Below are positions 51,866 through 64,000 of a stretch of DNA of 64,000 nucleotides, piece after piece. The stretch is taken from the NCBI GenBank assembly GCA_002269645.1, contig NIVC01002782.1, positions 1 to 64,000 on the forward strand, given 5' to 3'. The notes beneath the pieces were generated by a model. It was not told where the DNA came from, ran no database searches, and saw nothing but the letters and a program-made list of their open reading frames with translations. The stretch comes from Macrostomum lignano (Eukaryota). Each line of letters begins with the position of its first letter. Position 1 is the first letter of the stretch. A program made the translations under genes and the position numbers.

Positions 51866-52350
51866 GAAGCAGAGGCGGACAGCAGGTCGGCCACAGCGGC
51901 GGCAGCGGCGGTGGTGACCGGGTCAGGCGGCTGCTCAGCCGAGACGCCGACAGGCACCGGCGCACGGAGGCCCTCCTGGCGGAGACCGCCAGCAAGATCC
52001 GCCAGTTCCGTCAGGAGCGCCAAGCGGCCACCACCGCAGGCCTTGGGAGCGCTGCCCCCGACACCCGGCCGGAGCAGCGGCGTCAAGACCGTCGACACCG
52101 ACCGGAGCCAGTTGGCGACGCCGCCGATGCCGCCGCCGCCGCCGCCGCCGCAGCTGACAGCGGCGCCAGTACCTGCCGCACCTTCGGCTCGGCCGCTTCG
52201 GCCACGTCTTCCCTGCTAACGCCAACATCAGCAGCAGCTGCCGCCGCCGCCGCCGCCGCATCCACAGGATCGTCAACTTCAGCAGCAACCTCGACGGCTG
52301 CGACAACTACGACAGTGACACCTCTGGAGACCGTGAGGAGCGAATTCGAG
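51866..52350 (+). CDS. ZNF106: ZNF106-like exon 2 (low complexity)
   Basis: ccgaatccaag|GA, phase 1; donor GAG|GTTTGA, phase 0; frame of ORF 51838-52356. Confidence 0.75.
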
Positions 52351-52429
52351 GTTTGAGAATCCGCACTGACCATCGGAGTGACTTTGGCTCCGTTACTTTA
52401 ATTGTTAAACTTTTGGCCTCCCAGACCCA

Positions 52430-53000
52430 GGTCAGTTCTTCATTCTCACCTGGCCCAGACCCCTGCTGAACTCTCATTCTCACCTGGCCCAGACCTCTGC
52501 TGAACTCTCATTCTCACCTGGCCCAACCTCATGCTGAACTCTCATTCTCACCTGGCCCAGACCCCTGCTGAACTCTCATTCTCACCTGCCCCAGACCCCT
52601 GCTGCCCCAGACCCCTGAACTCTCATTCTCACCTGGCCCAGACCCCTGCTGAACTCTCATTCTCACCTGCCCCAGACCCCTGCTGCTGAACTCTCATTCT
52701 CACCTGCCCCAGACCTCTGCTGAACTCTCATTCTCACCTGGCCCAGACCCCTGCTGAACTCTCATTCTCACCTGCCCCAGACCCCTGCTGAGGCCCAGAC
52801 CCCTGCTGAACTCTCATTCTCACCTGCCCCAGACCTCTGCTGAACTCTCATTCTCACCTGCCCCAGACCCCTGCTGCTGCCCCAACTCTCATTCTCACCT
52901 GCCCGCAGCCCCAGACCCCTGCTGAACTCTCACCTGCCCCAGACCCAGCTGAACCCGCATTCTCACCTGCCGCAGACCCAGCTGAACCCGCATTCTCACC
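52430..53000. repeat. ~33-bp intronic minisatellite (GCTGAACTCTCATTCTCACCTGGCCCAGACCCCT)
   Basis: Runs directly into the acceptor at 53002. Confidence 0.93.
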
Positions 53001-53002
53001 AG

Positions 53003-53452
53003 AGCTGCTCCGCCGACACAGCAGCGTCAGTCTCTGACGCCGCACTCTCTCCGCCAACTCCATCGGCGCCGCCGTCCTCGCGTCGGTCGGACTCTGCGAC
53101 TCAGTTCCCGACGCCCAGAGACGAGCAGCCTCCTCCGCCGCAGCCTCCCACGCCGCAGCCTCCTCCACAGTTTTCCCCACAGCGTCACACGAAGGCTCCA
53201 GTCGTGGCTTTCGAAGTGCCGGTAGAAGACGGTTCCGCCGCCACTGCTGCGGCCGCCTCCCCGACGTCCGTGGTTTCCTCGGCGCGTCGAAGCCGGCAAG
53301 TCGAGCGAATGCAGGCGGCGCTGGAGCTGTCGCTTCAAGAAGACGAGCTGGAAGCCGGCATCGAGGAGGTCGATGGTCGTATCGGGAGCCTATTGGAGCA
53401 GATTGAGCAGCTCAGGGCGGCCATTGAGGCCGAGGAAGGCATCAAACAGCAG
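53003..53452 (+). CDS. ZNF106: ZNF106-like exon 3 (Pro-rich, then coiled coil)
   Basis: cattctcaccag|AGC, phase 0; LELSLQEDELEAGIEEVD...IKQQ; donor CAG|GTAAGA. Confidence 0.8.
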
Positions 53453-53889
53453 GTAAGAGGGGACTGATTGCAAACTGATGCATTTTTATTACTGGAATTA
53501 TTGGCGGTCGCAATGGGATAAATTATTAATTATTAACTATTCTCATAGCGTTTAGTAAGCACAGTCCCAACCGTCGGTTATTTGTCAATCGAAGTTTGAA
53601 AAAATCAATAAAATGGTCAAGGGTCAGGTGTCGAAGTACGAGTAAAATCGAGTACAATGTATTTTAAAAGTGCATTACCCAAATGCACTTTGAACGACGA
53701 CACAAGAATTGAGATTTAACCATGCTTTGCATGATAGCATGCAATATTAAAAACACAACATAATTTTAGGATCAGATTAGGGTGCGTATCAGATAATTGG
53801 AGCATTTTCTGAATAAGGATTGGGTAGAGTTGCATTAAAAAAATTGCCTCAAAAGTCAGATAGAGAATCTAGCGCACGATTTGCGGGCC

Positions 53890-54160
53890 AGAGAAGGGAA
53901 GAGGGGAGAGGGAAGAGAGATAGAAGAAAGGAGAGGTCAGAGAATAAAGGTGAAGAGAGGAGAGGAGAGGAGAAGAGGAGAGAAGCCAGAGGAGAAGGGA
54001 GAGGAGAGGAGAGGAGAGGAGATGAGAGGAGAGGAGAGGAGAGGGGAAGACAGGGGAGGAGAGAGGAGAGAAGTGGGAGAAGAAGGGAGAGGACAAGGGA
54101 GGAAAAGAGGAGAGAAAGGAGAAGAGAGAGGAAATTAGAAAGAAGGGAGCTGAGAAGAGA
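53890..54160. repeat. GA-rich low-complexity tract
   Basis: Direct inspection. Confidence 0.85.
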
Positions 54161-54169
54161 CACAAACCT

Positions 54170-54265
54170 TGAGCAGGCCGGATTGCTATTGTGAAGGACC
54201 TGAGGGCCGGATAGAGAGGCTTTGCGGGCCGCATGTGACCCGCGGAGCGGAGTATTCCGACCCTT
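54170..54265. mobile_element. hAT/Charlie-like terminal fragment
   Basis: GCGGGCCGCATGTGACCCGCGG...TTCCGACCC resembles hAT termini; no clear partner end or TSD. Confidence 0.3.
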
Positions 54266-54503
54266 TACCAAAGCGGACATCGTCAGTGGTGTTTGCTTTT
54301 ACGAGTTACTTTAAACGAACAGTGAACCCATGTTTATGAGTGAACAAGTCAAGGGTCGTACAGGACTCCAAAGAGAGGAATGCAACCACTATGGTTGTCC
54401 CTATTTACTAACTTAGATACTCGTAAAAGAGCATTTTGGCACAGCTCAGTCAATTAGTTGATAAAATTCTCAAATCAATTAATTCTACGTAAACTTCTTT
54501 CAG

Positions 54504-54555
54504 CTTGTGGAGAAAAAAGGCGCCCTGACTCAGCGTCGAGTGGCCATCCTGAAAG
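54504..54555 (+). CDS. ZNF106: ZNF106-like exon 4 (52 nt)
   Basis: cttctttcag|CTT...AAA G|GTGAGT. KQQ-LVEKKGALTQRRVAILK parallels recalled ZNF106 [20 protein letters not shown]. Confidence 0.8.
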
Positions 54556-54759
54556 GTGAGTCGCTGTTTTACTGTTAGTTATTATTAGAATGAGGTCATG
54601 GCTTAAAAATGAGTCGCTTGAGGTGCATTGTCGAAAATGGGTTGCTGAAACCTTGATAGTGGGGATTACAAAATATTTTTCTGTTTTACCCTTCTTAATC
54701 TGAAGAAATTAGCAATAGTAACTGCTAAAATTCTTATTACAGAAGTATAATAATTGATT

Positions 54760-55050
54760 ACACCTGTCCCAATTGGACCAGATGTGCAACCGACAGCTCA
54801 GCCGCAGCCATTGCGCGGCGCATCTGAAGGCTGCGTATGGCTGTTCAGTCCAAGGACTGGGGGGGGGGGGTCACCACACACCCTCAATTACCCCAGCTAA
54901 TGCTGATACCCATTTTACAGCTGCGTGAACTGAAGCAATGCAGAGTTAAGTGTCTTGCTCAAGGACACTGTAAATTGTTCCAGTGAGATCGGAAATCGAA
55001 CCCCGACCTTCCAGTCGTGAGTCCGACGGTCTAACCACTGAGTTTCAACC
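54760..55050 (-). mobile_element. tRNA-derived CORE-type SINE
   Basis: The minus strand has A-box-like CTCAGTGGTTAGA and B-box-like GGTTCGATTTCC, followed by GTCCTTGAGCAAGACACTTAACTCTGCATTGCTTCAGTTCACGCAGCTGTAAAATGGG, which resembles the MIR/CORE consensus. Confidence 0.72.
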
Positions 55051-55636
55051 ACCCCCTGTACCTAGTGGTTCAGTAGAATTTTCTGAACTACTCGTAGCTA
55101 GGTGTCTATGAACTTAAGAAGACACCATAAGAAGCTTCGAAAACGCAAGACAGACTCAAGCTTAGAGGTAAATATTGCTCTAGGAACGCGTGATTAACCG
55201 GGACAGAGTAGTTCGGTGATCAGAGCGTCTGACTCTCGCAAGAAAAGTTCGCTGGAGTGTTGTTGTGCGATTCACACCCATGAGTCAGAATCAGTGAGTC
55301 TGACGATTAGACAATCCGGGATGCTGTGAGCCTGTGAACGAGTGCGTGCCTGTGTACAGTATTGGCGCACTTGTTTGGTGCTCAGGAGTCAACGTAATGG
55401 CTCAGTGCTGGCTATGTCCGCAAGCCCTCCTGTAAATATAATTTATTAGGAACAATCTTTACATAGGGAGGAAGTTGATAAGACAGCAGTAGGGGACACA
55501 TCGCAAACCTCGGAGCCAATCGGGGAGCTAAATCCGCGGGGCAGATGCTCAATAAATAGAAGACGGAATTGTCACTGCCGACGCCCTCCAGACCTACAAC
55601 TTCTTCGCTCTGTGAGTACCTGGCAGAGCTCCAAGA

Positions 55637-56695
55637 ATGAAGGCAGGAGTTGGTGATGGGCCGCCGGTTGCGAACGTCACTGAACAGGGCATATACTCCG
55701 AACCGATGGGTACACAGACATCTCGCATCGATGAAGAGCTGCAGTTGCAAAGCGTCATGCTGCTGCTCTATCTCTGCGCAGTCGCGCTACTTATTGTCTG
55801 CATTCACTGCCTGAACGGGCCAACGTTCAGCCGCTATAAACTGGGCTGTCTGCTCCTCCTGCGCTGGAGCTGCGCAATCGACGTCGCCTGCCTACTGAAC
55901 CAAGCCGCGTTCACTCTGGTGAATCGTCACTACAACCAGATAGTTGGCAATCTGCGCGCTCTAACCTGGCTATGCAAGCTGCTCAATTTCGGTGAGAACC
56001 TCACTATAGATTTGCAGACCTCTTTGCTTATGCTGATTGCTCTGGAGCGGTGCTGCATTTCGATGGACCTGCGCTTCGGACTGAAGCACTTCAGCCCGCT
56101 ACGGCTCAAAATTGGGGCCGCCCTAGCCAGCGCCGTGATCCTGACAATGAATTTGAACTACATCTGGATGTACAGCAGCATCGTCACCAGCGAAAGCAAC
56201 AGCACCATCTACGAGTGCCGAGTGGTCGATGGTTACGAAAAAATCTACTCGGTCATTGCTTTTGTCCAACTTTGGATCAACGTGTACATACCAGTGGTGT
56301 GGTGCAACATCTGCGGCCTGGTTTTCATCGGCTGTTTGACTACTTGCAACGCGAACGAGCGGCCAAGCGTAGTGCTGCGCAGGACTGTGCTCGGCGGTAG
56401 ACGGCAACTGAACCGGAGGTTCCTTCGCGACCTAGACCGAGTTCACCAGCAAATGAAACTGCTGCATCTCATTGTTGGCTTCTTCTTCTACCAGCCGTTG
56501 GCTATAACTGGCTGCATTGGGGCGATACAGGTGCCAATAGCTACTGATATCTATCCAGTCCTCATCTACATCGTGAAGCCCATGAAGAACATTCTGTGCG
56601 CCCTGGCTACCGCCACCTTTGTCGCTTACAATCTTGCTACCGCACGGATTCGCAGAGCCAGGCGCAGCCGATGTCAGCCGGTGAACAACAATTAA
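55637..56695 (+). CDS. Intronless divergent rhodopsin-like (class A) 7TM GPCR, orphan
   Basis: 352 aa with seven hydrophobic segments, TM2 Asp (AIDVACLL), TM3 Cys (LCKL), ERC in place of DRY, ECL2 Cys (YECR), and TM5/TM6 prolines (YIP, YQP). In-frame TGA at 55613-55615 upstream of the ATG; AATAAA at 56844. Confidence 0.85.
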   Translation: MKAGVGDGPPVANVTEQGIYSEPMGTQTSRIDEELQLQSVMLLLYLCAVALLIVCIHCLNGPTFSRYKLGCLLLLRWSCAIDVACLLNQAAFTLVNRHYNQIVGNLRALTWLCKLLNFGENLTIDLQTSLLMLIALERCCISMDLRFGLKHFSPLRLKIGAALASAVILTMNLNYIWMYSSIVTSESNSTIYECRVVDGYEKIYSVIAFVQLWINVYIPVVWCNICGLVFIGCLTTCNANERPSVVLRRTVLGGRRQLNRRFLRDLDRVHQQMKLLHLIVGFFFYQPLAITGCIGAIQVPIATDIYPVLIYIVKPMKNILCALATATFVAYNLATARIRRARRSRCQPVNNN

Positions 56696-58069
56696 CTTCA
56701 GCTCATTCCAATGCAAGTGCTCAACTAGAACCACAGATACTATACTAGAATAACTAGATGGGCCAATCGGGTATATATACTTTTAAAACAGCTTTCTACT
56801 TTCAGTTAAGTAGCAAAGAAGAATACATAAGCTATTTTATAAAAATAAAGGCAGCTGAGAGGACTTTGATAATTTTAGAACCCAAAGCTTGCAGGCGTAA
56901 ACAACTTGCTAATTGGTTCAGCAATAATGTACATTAGCCAGTCCACTAAAATGTACATGGCAGCTTTAGGCTGGAATAACCGAAGGAAGGCAATAAAAAT
57001 TGGGGCGGGCGGGGGGTTAAGTTGTGTTTAAAGAAAGGCGCAGTTGGAGGGTTTAAGGGGGCTTTAAAAATACATTAAAATGCTTCTGTTTAACTTACTA
57101 CTGAACTGAAAGTAGTTTACACTCAAATGTTATTCTAGTATTTGTGGACAGAACCGATCGAGAAAGCACACCAATCTCCATAGACACAAATATCTTAATC
57201 ACATGCAATGAAAGACAGTTAATAAAAATTGTCAAAACTTTCTGCCTGTCTGTATTTTTAGCTTTAAGAATCTTTTTTGTTGTTACAAAATTATTTTAAG
57301 TAATTTTCCTTATTTAATTCTAATTGGCTTATCCCCGTTATTAAAGCTGTACTCTCTCGTCTGAATGAATTATTCACTAGCTGCTATTAAAAAAATAAAT
57401 CCCTTAAATCTCATTGCTTTATTTATGCCCAAAATAGCCAGTGTGGAAAAAATCTGTTTATTAAATAATGCGGTGTTTTGTAAGTGCACATTTTCGAGAG
57501 CGGCAATATCTTGCAGACAGCAATCTCCGATCAAGATTAGCCAACCACAAAAACCATGTTATGCGAAACAATGAGGACTGCGAGACCAAAGATCTCTTAC
57601 GAGAACAGGACTCGCCGAAAGTGCCGTGTGGGGGGGGGGGGTAGAAAGTGAAGTTCACTTCCTTGTATAAGTGTTTCGAATTTTAAGAACCTTACTGCAT
57701 AGGATAAAGGATTTTACCTATTGACTCAAGAAGATAAAGACATGATGTAAATTCTAGCAAAATTCATCAAAGACAGGACAAAAGGCAATAAGATTTTTCG
57801 ATTTTTTTCTTTTGCAGAATTGCAATATTAATTAATTCGCCTCAAATAAACTTATAAAATATAAAAATCTGCCCCCCCGTCGGTGTGCGTGCATTCAATA
57901 ATAACAAATAGCAACAATGGTTTGTCATTTTCTTAGTGCACTGCATCTTCTAGCTGTCCATTGTAAGGACTGCAATATAATCAATTCACAAAAGCAATGA
58001 GTTGTCTGTTTTTATTCGGAAATTTAAACGATAACTATAATTTATTGCGGAAAGCTGCATGAACCTTCA

Positions 58070-58755
58070 AGACTAGATTAAAAACCAAACTAGATTAAAA
58101 ACCAAACTAGATTAAAAACCAAACTAGATTAAAAACCAAACTAGATTAAAAACCAAACTAGATAAAAACCAGACTAGATTAAAAACCAGACTAGATTAAA
58201 AACCAAACTAGATTAAAAACCAAACTAGATAAAAACCAGACTAGATTAAAAACCAGACTAGATTAAAAACAAGACTAGATTAAAAACCAGACTAGATTAA
58301 AAACAAGAATAGATTAAAAACTAGACTTATAGATTTGAACTAGACTAGATTAAAACTAGACTAGATTAAAAACTAGACTAGATTAAAACTAGACTAGATT
58401 AAAAACTATACTAGATTAAAACTAGACTAGATTAAAAACTATACTAGATTAAAACTAGACTAGATTAAAAAATATACTAGATTAAAACTAGACTAGATTA
58501 AAAACTAGACTAGATTAAAACTAGACTAGATTAAAAACTATACTAGATTAAAAACTAGACTAGATTAAAACTAGACTAGATTAAAAACTAGACTAGATTA
58601 AAACTAGACTTGATTAAAAACTAGACTAGATTAAAAACTAGACTAGATTAAAAACTAGACTAGATTAAAAACTAGACTAGATTAAAACTAGACTTGATTA
58701 AAAACTAGACTAGATTAAAAACTATACTAGATTAAAAACTAGACTAGACTAGATT
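58070..58755. repeat. CTAGATTAAAAA(C/A)-based 17-19-bp minisatellite
   Basis: Direct inspection. Confidence 0.93.
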
Positions 58756-59182
58756 AGATTTCAAGAGGTGGGACAACCTCGCTGCGGGAAATTCTCATAG
58801 ATCCCTTAGGAGTGGTTTTGAGATGATGAGCTCCGACCTGCATTAGGAATACGGGATTTGAAACTGCCTTTTCTCGGAAAAAGAATTAGAAGTCGAGAAC
58901 TTAAAATATCCAAAGCCACCCACCCAAAGAAATCAATGCCTTTCGGTGGACTGTCGGTATGGTGGAGGGGAGTTGGGGATTAATCAGCTTGGACAGCCAG
59001 CAGATCGGAGCTTCAGGGCGCCACCATTTCCTTGTCTCCGCTCCTTGGATACATTGAAATGGTGTGGCGATCCCAGCAGCCCACGGGGTGACTTGGGAAT
59101 CGGTGCATCCACTTTGTTCGCTTTTTCAGCATTTTAATCTTCGATTTTTTACCGCCATGCATAATTTTGGATTTCGGATAGC

Positions 59183-60000
<818 letters not shown>

Positions 60001-60109
60001 AGTTACAATAGTTAGTTATTTAGTTTTCTAATGTATTTTCTAATGTAAGATAGATTTTCTAATGTCTCCCAAACGAAGCGATGACGGGAATTTCCCACAT
60101 ATCCCGCAG

Positions 60110-61112
60110 AGTCTTTCCAGATTCCCGAGGATGCCGTCCTCGCCCAGTTCGCCGACCTGTCGCCTCGGCCCAGTCAGTACTCCCCGTTCCAGCCTCCTTG
60201 CGACTCAACTCCTCGGCGGCGTCATCAGCTCGAGGTCGACGACGAGCCCGACAACTTCAACGAGGTCGCCAACACGCCGCGTCAACCGCCGCGTCTTCTC
60301 GACGGCGTTGAAGTCATCGAGGCCTACGACGAAGAGATCGAAGAAGATGTTGAAAATGACAACAACGACGATGACAACGACAAAAGCGGAGCGGTCACCA
60401 CGGCGGACGAAGACGAAGGCAACTCGACGGACACGGTGCGGCACCAGCTGGTGCAGAAGGTGCTGCAGTCGGACCAGCTGGCCAAGCAGCAGCAGCCGCA
60501 GTCCGTCGACTCACCTCGCGACGCTGAGCTCATCAACTCGACGCTGAGTCGCCTGCTGCTGCCCCAGTCAGGCCAGCCGTCCAGCCGACGCCAGCCGAAC
60601 GGCTTTCAAGAAGCTCCACCGCGTCCGCAGCTGCCATCACCGCCGCCTCCGCCAGCGGAGGTGCTCAGCGATGTTCTGTCGTCCCGGTCTCGACGCAGCG
60701 ATCCTCGGCCGGCGTCCGCAACCGCTGTGACGACAGCAGCAGTGTTTTCTGGAAATCGGCAACAACAGGCGGAAGAAGCGGATGCCACCGCCGCCGCCGA
60801 CGCCTCCTCAACGAACGCTTCGTCGGCGTCTTCCGACGCGGGCACCGCCAGAGCCGCCAGTGCTGCTGCCGGCGGCGGCGGCAGTTTCCGTCGGGCGGCC
60901 TCCGAGACGCAGCTACGTCGCAGTCGTCCGCGCCGTCAGGACCCGGAGTTCGCGGCCGCGCTGCGCGAGTACCTGCACGCCAGCTCCAGCTCGGACGTGG
61001 ATTTGGACGAGACCAGAGGGGCCAAGCGAGCGGCGGAGCAGCGGCCGCAGGCCCTGCAACCGCTTGAGTCAGCGAAACCGCCATCGAGGCCAGGGCAGCT
61101 CAGCACCGCCAG
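60110..61112 (+). CDS. ZNF106: ZNF106-like exon 5 (acidic/low complexity)
   Basis: catatcccgcag|AG, phase 1, matching exon 4; stop-free frame continuous with ORF 60436; donor AG|GTTTGT, phase 2. Confidence 0.78.
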
Positions 61113-61169
61113 GTTTGTCAGGCCCTCTGATTTACCTGCCCATGAGCCTTCGCATTCAGTGACCCACTG

Positions 61170-61370
61170 ACCTACTGACTGATCCATCGGCCAAGTCACT
61201 GACCAAGGAAAACAATGCCACCTAGGAACCGCTGACCCACTGCTGACCCAACTCTGACCCATTACTGACCTATCGCTGACCCACCTCTGACCCACCTCTG
61301 ACCCATCACTGACCCACCGCTGACCCACCGCTGACCCAACTCTGACCACCGCTGACCCACCGCTGACATA
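61170..61370. repeat. CTGACCCAC-based intronic repeat
   Basis: Lies immediately upstream of the acceptor at 61381. Confidence 0.85.
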
Positions 61371-61381
61371 CCACCCAACAG

Positions 61382-61882
61382 GTCGCTCGACTCCTCATCG
61401 ACGGCCAAGTCGTTCCGCAGCGGCGCCGCCGGCGCGGCCGAAGCCTCCTCCTCCGCGTCGTCGGCCCCGGGACTCGTGTTCCCCGGCCGAATCTCGGCGG
61501 CTGACGACGCTGCCGACAGCGACGCCCCGGCAGGCGCGGTTCTCTGCGCCGCTGTACAGCAGGGCTACTTGTTCACCTCCGTCGCGGATGGCGCTGTCAG
61601 GCGCTACTCGCTGCGCACCCACCGATGCCTGACTGTCTACCGAGAGCCCGGCACCGGAGCCGAGGCCTCAGCCTGGCTGCTCCTGACGTCGACAGCCGAG
61701 CCGCTGCTGTTCTTCGCCGAGGCCGCCGCCCTGGTTGGCCACGACGTCCGCACCGGAGCGCGGATGCGCCTGCGGCAGCTGGAGTCCGCCCCCACCGCAG
61801 CCTGCCTGCGCTGGGGCTCGGTGTACGCTGGCTGCGAGGATGGGCGCGTAGTTAAGTATGACGTGGCAGCCGACTCGGTCAG
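61382..61882 (+). CDS. ZNF106: ZNF106-like exon 6 (WD40-like repeats)
   Basis: ccacccaacag|G, phase 2. AVLCAAVQQGYLFTSVADGAVRRYSLRTHRCLTVY resembles the first ZNF106 WD repeat. Donor AG|GTGAGT. Confidence 0.82.
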
Positions 61883-61894
61883 GTGAGTGGCCTA

Positions 61895-62190
61895 GGACCT
61901 GAGACCATAGCAACAGGAAACCGAGACCATAGCAACAACAACTTGAGACCATAGCAACAGGAACCCGGGACCATAGCAATAGGAGACCATAGCAACAGTA
62001 ACCTGAGACTATAGCAACAGGAGACCATAGCAACAGGAACCCGGGACCATAGCAATAGGAACGTGAGATCATAGCAACAGGAAACCGAGACCATAGCAAC
62101 AGGAAACCGAGACCATAGCAACAGCAAACCGAGACCATAGCAACAGTAACCTGAGACCATAGCAACAGTAACCTGAGACCATAGCAACAA
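61895..62190. repeat. ~22-bp intronic minisatellite (GAGACCATAGCAACAGGAAACC)
   Basis: Direct inspection. Confidence 0.92.
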
Positions 62191-62214
62191 CGCTTCATCT
62201 TCCCAATGTTGCAG

Positions 62215-62875
62215 AACCATCATAGACTCGGTGGATGAAGCTGACGGTGGCGCTGTTGTCTCTCTCGAAGCGGCTCTGCAGCAGCCGGGCGGTCGCCGAG
62301 TTCTCCTGCGCGGCTGCCGCGCCACGCCGGACCTCCTGGTGGCCGACGAGCGCACTGGGAAGCTGCTGGCCCGGCTGGCACCATGCAGGAGCAGCGGCGT
62401 CGCCCTGGACGACGGGCCGGCGCTGGCGATCCGCGTTGCACCCGGCGGCGACGTCGCCTTCGTTGTCAACCGCCGGCGTTTGCTGGCCCACCGGATCTCC
62501 TTCGGCGAAAGCGAAGCGACGCCGACGCCGATCTGGGAGCTGCCGGCCGTTGGCCAAGCCGAGTTCACCTGCCTGCACCTCGGCCTGCGCTGTGATTGGC
62601 TGTTCGCTGGCCAATCAGACGGCTCTGTGCTCTGCTTCTGCCTGGACCAACAGCAGCAGCCTCAAGCCTTCCCGGATGTGCCAACAGTCTGCCTGACTCC
62701 GAGCACCTCCGGGTCCGTGGTGACGACCATCGCCTTCTACGACGTTGCGCGTCACGTGGTCAGCGGCGACGCCTCCGGCTGTCTGGTCATCAGCGACAGC
62801 CTTCCGGTGCCGCTGCCGGCGCCGCCAGCTGACTCGTCGTCGAAAGTGCCGACTTTGAGCCTCGGGCTGGTCTGA
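62215..62875 (+). CDS. ZNF106: ZNF106-like terminal exon (WD40-like repeats)
   Basis: ttcccaatgttgcag|A, phase 2; FTCLHLGLRCDWLFAGQSDGSVLCF and VTTIAFYDVARHVVSGDASGCLVI; TGA at 62875. Joined CDS is 3507 nt (1168 aa). Confidence 0.82.
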
Positions 62876-63231
62876 GAGCCTCCGCAGCATTGTCGATCCA
62901 GCGTCGATTTTTAGCCCGAAGGATTTTAGTTCAATTTTTGTGTTGCGCACTTATAATACTTATAAAACATTTTCAGTAGTAGTGTAGTAGCATTTTTTGT
63001 TAAGTTTTTGTGATTACGCTCGTATATTTATCAATCCACCCTTAGGTAGCAAAAATACTTAAAGTTATTGGCTCATCATTTTTAATACTATTGTGCCTTA
63101 ATCTTTCCAGTTCCTGATACCGCTATAGGTAGTAAGCTTCCGATTCCTAAAATACTTTGCACCTGGAAGAAATTACTGGGAATTCGGGGTGGCTACATGA
63201 TATGAGGGATGGGTAGTATTGTGGGTGCTGG

Positions 63232-63775
63232 AGTGAGAGAATGGGAGTGGGGTGGGTGCAGGAGTGAGAGACGGGGAGTGGGGTGGGTGCAGGAGTGAGA
63301 GACGGGGAGTGGGGTGGGTGCAGGAGTGAGAGACGGGGAGTGGGGTGGGTGCAGGAGTGAGAGACGGGGAGTGGGATGGGTGCAGGAGTGAGAGACGGGG
63401 AGTGGGATGGGTGCAGGAGTGAGAGACGGGGAGTGGGGTGGGTGCAGGAGTGAGAGACGGGGAGTGGGATGGGTGCAGGAGTGAGAAACGGTGGTGGGTG
63501 CAGGAGTGAGAAACGGTGGTGGGTGCAGGAGTGAGAAACGGGGGTGGGTGCAGGAGTGAGAGACGGGGAGTGGGGTGGGTGCAGGAGTGAGAGACGGGGA
63601 GTGGGGTGGGTGCAGGAGTGAGAGACGGGGAGTGGGATGGGTGCAGGAGTGAGAAACGGTGGTGGGTGCAGGAGTGAGAAACGGTGGTGGGTGCAGGAGT
63701 GAGAAACGGGGGTGGGTGCATGAGTGAGAGACGGGGAGTGGGGTGGGTGCAGGAGTGAGAAACGGGGGTGGGTGC
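63232..63775. repeat. 31-bp G-rich minisatellite (GGAGTGAGAGACGGGGAGTGGGGTGGGTGCA)
   Basis: Direct inspection. Confidence 0.93.
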
Positions 63776-64000
63776 AAGAACGAGGGACAGAGTAAGTTAA
63801 GTAAAACAAAAATCAACTTTTTCGATGAACGCTTTCTCGTAGTGCTGAGCTGTTTGTTACAGCTGGTTAATTGTTTGATCTTTTTTGAATGTTTTTTTAA
63901 TGCGTTTTGTATAATTTTTTACAATAAATCGAATTTTTGAACTATTGCTTAACGGATGGGATACAGAAAAACACTTTTGCTTGAGCAGCTGGTTGCTCTC

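Noticed and set aside
53625-54265. Full-length hAT element in ZNF106-like intron 3
   Set aside because: The left end matches the right end only loosely and no TSD was found; only the right-end fragment is listed.
55600-55640. GPCR ORF as an in-frame alternative exon of the ZNF106-like gene
   Set aside because: The acceptor at 55626 needs phase 2 but exon 4 ends in phase 1, giving a stop after four codons.

Overview
Eukaryotic (metazoan) genomic DNA. GC-rich, poly-Ala/Gln-rich exons sit among about 35 unrelated mini/microsatellites, and nearly all long ORFs in the supplied track are repeat artefacts. The style is compatible with a flatworm such as Macrostomum, but the organism cannot be confirmed from sequence alone. 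I rebuilt five gene models by hand from splice sites and reading-frame phase. (1) Six3/6 (Optix-class) homeobox gene, minus strand, 2 exons (19050-18320, 8812-8014), ~509 aa. (2) A minus-strand locus (43765-38279) encoding three tandem caspase-fold domains that all lack the catalytic His/Cys dyad; this is the most unusual element in the window. (3) A 7-exon minus-strand coiled-coil gene (48738-45806) with an MPHOSPH9-like C-terminus and a GC-AG intron. (4) A 7-exon plus-strand ZNF106-like gene (51420-62875; zinc finger, coiled coil, WD40). (5) An intronless, divergent class-A GPCR (55637-56695) nested on the same strand in intron 4 of gene 4. Mobile elements: a non-autonomous hAT-type element with TIRs and an 8-bp TSD, and a CORE-type tRNA-derived SINE. 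All homology calls come from remembered family motifs, not database searches. Repeat boundaries are approximate.
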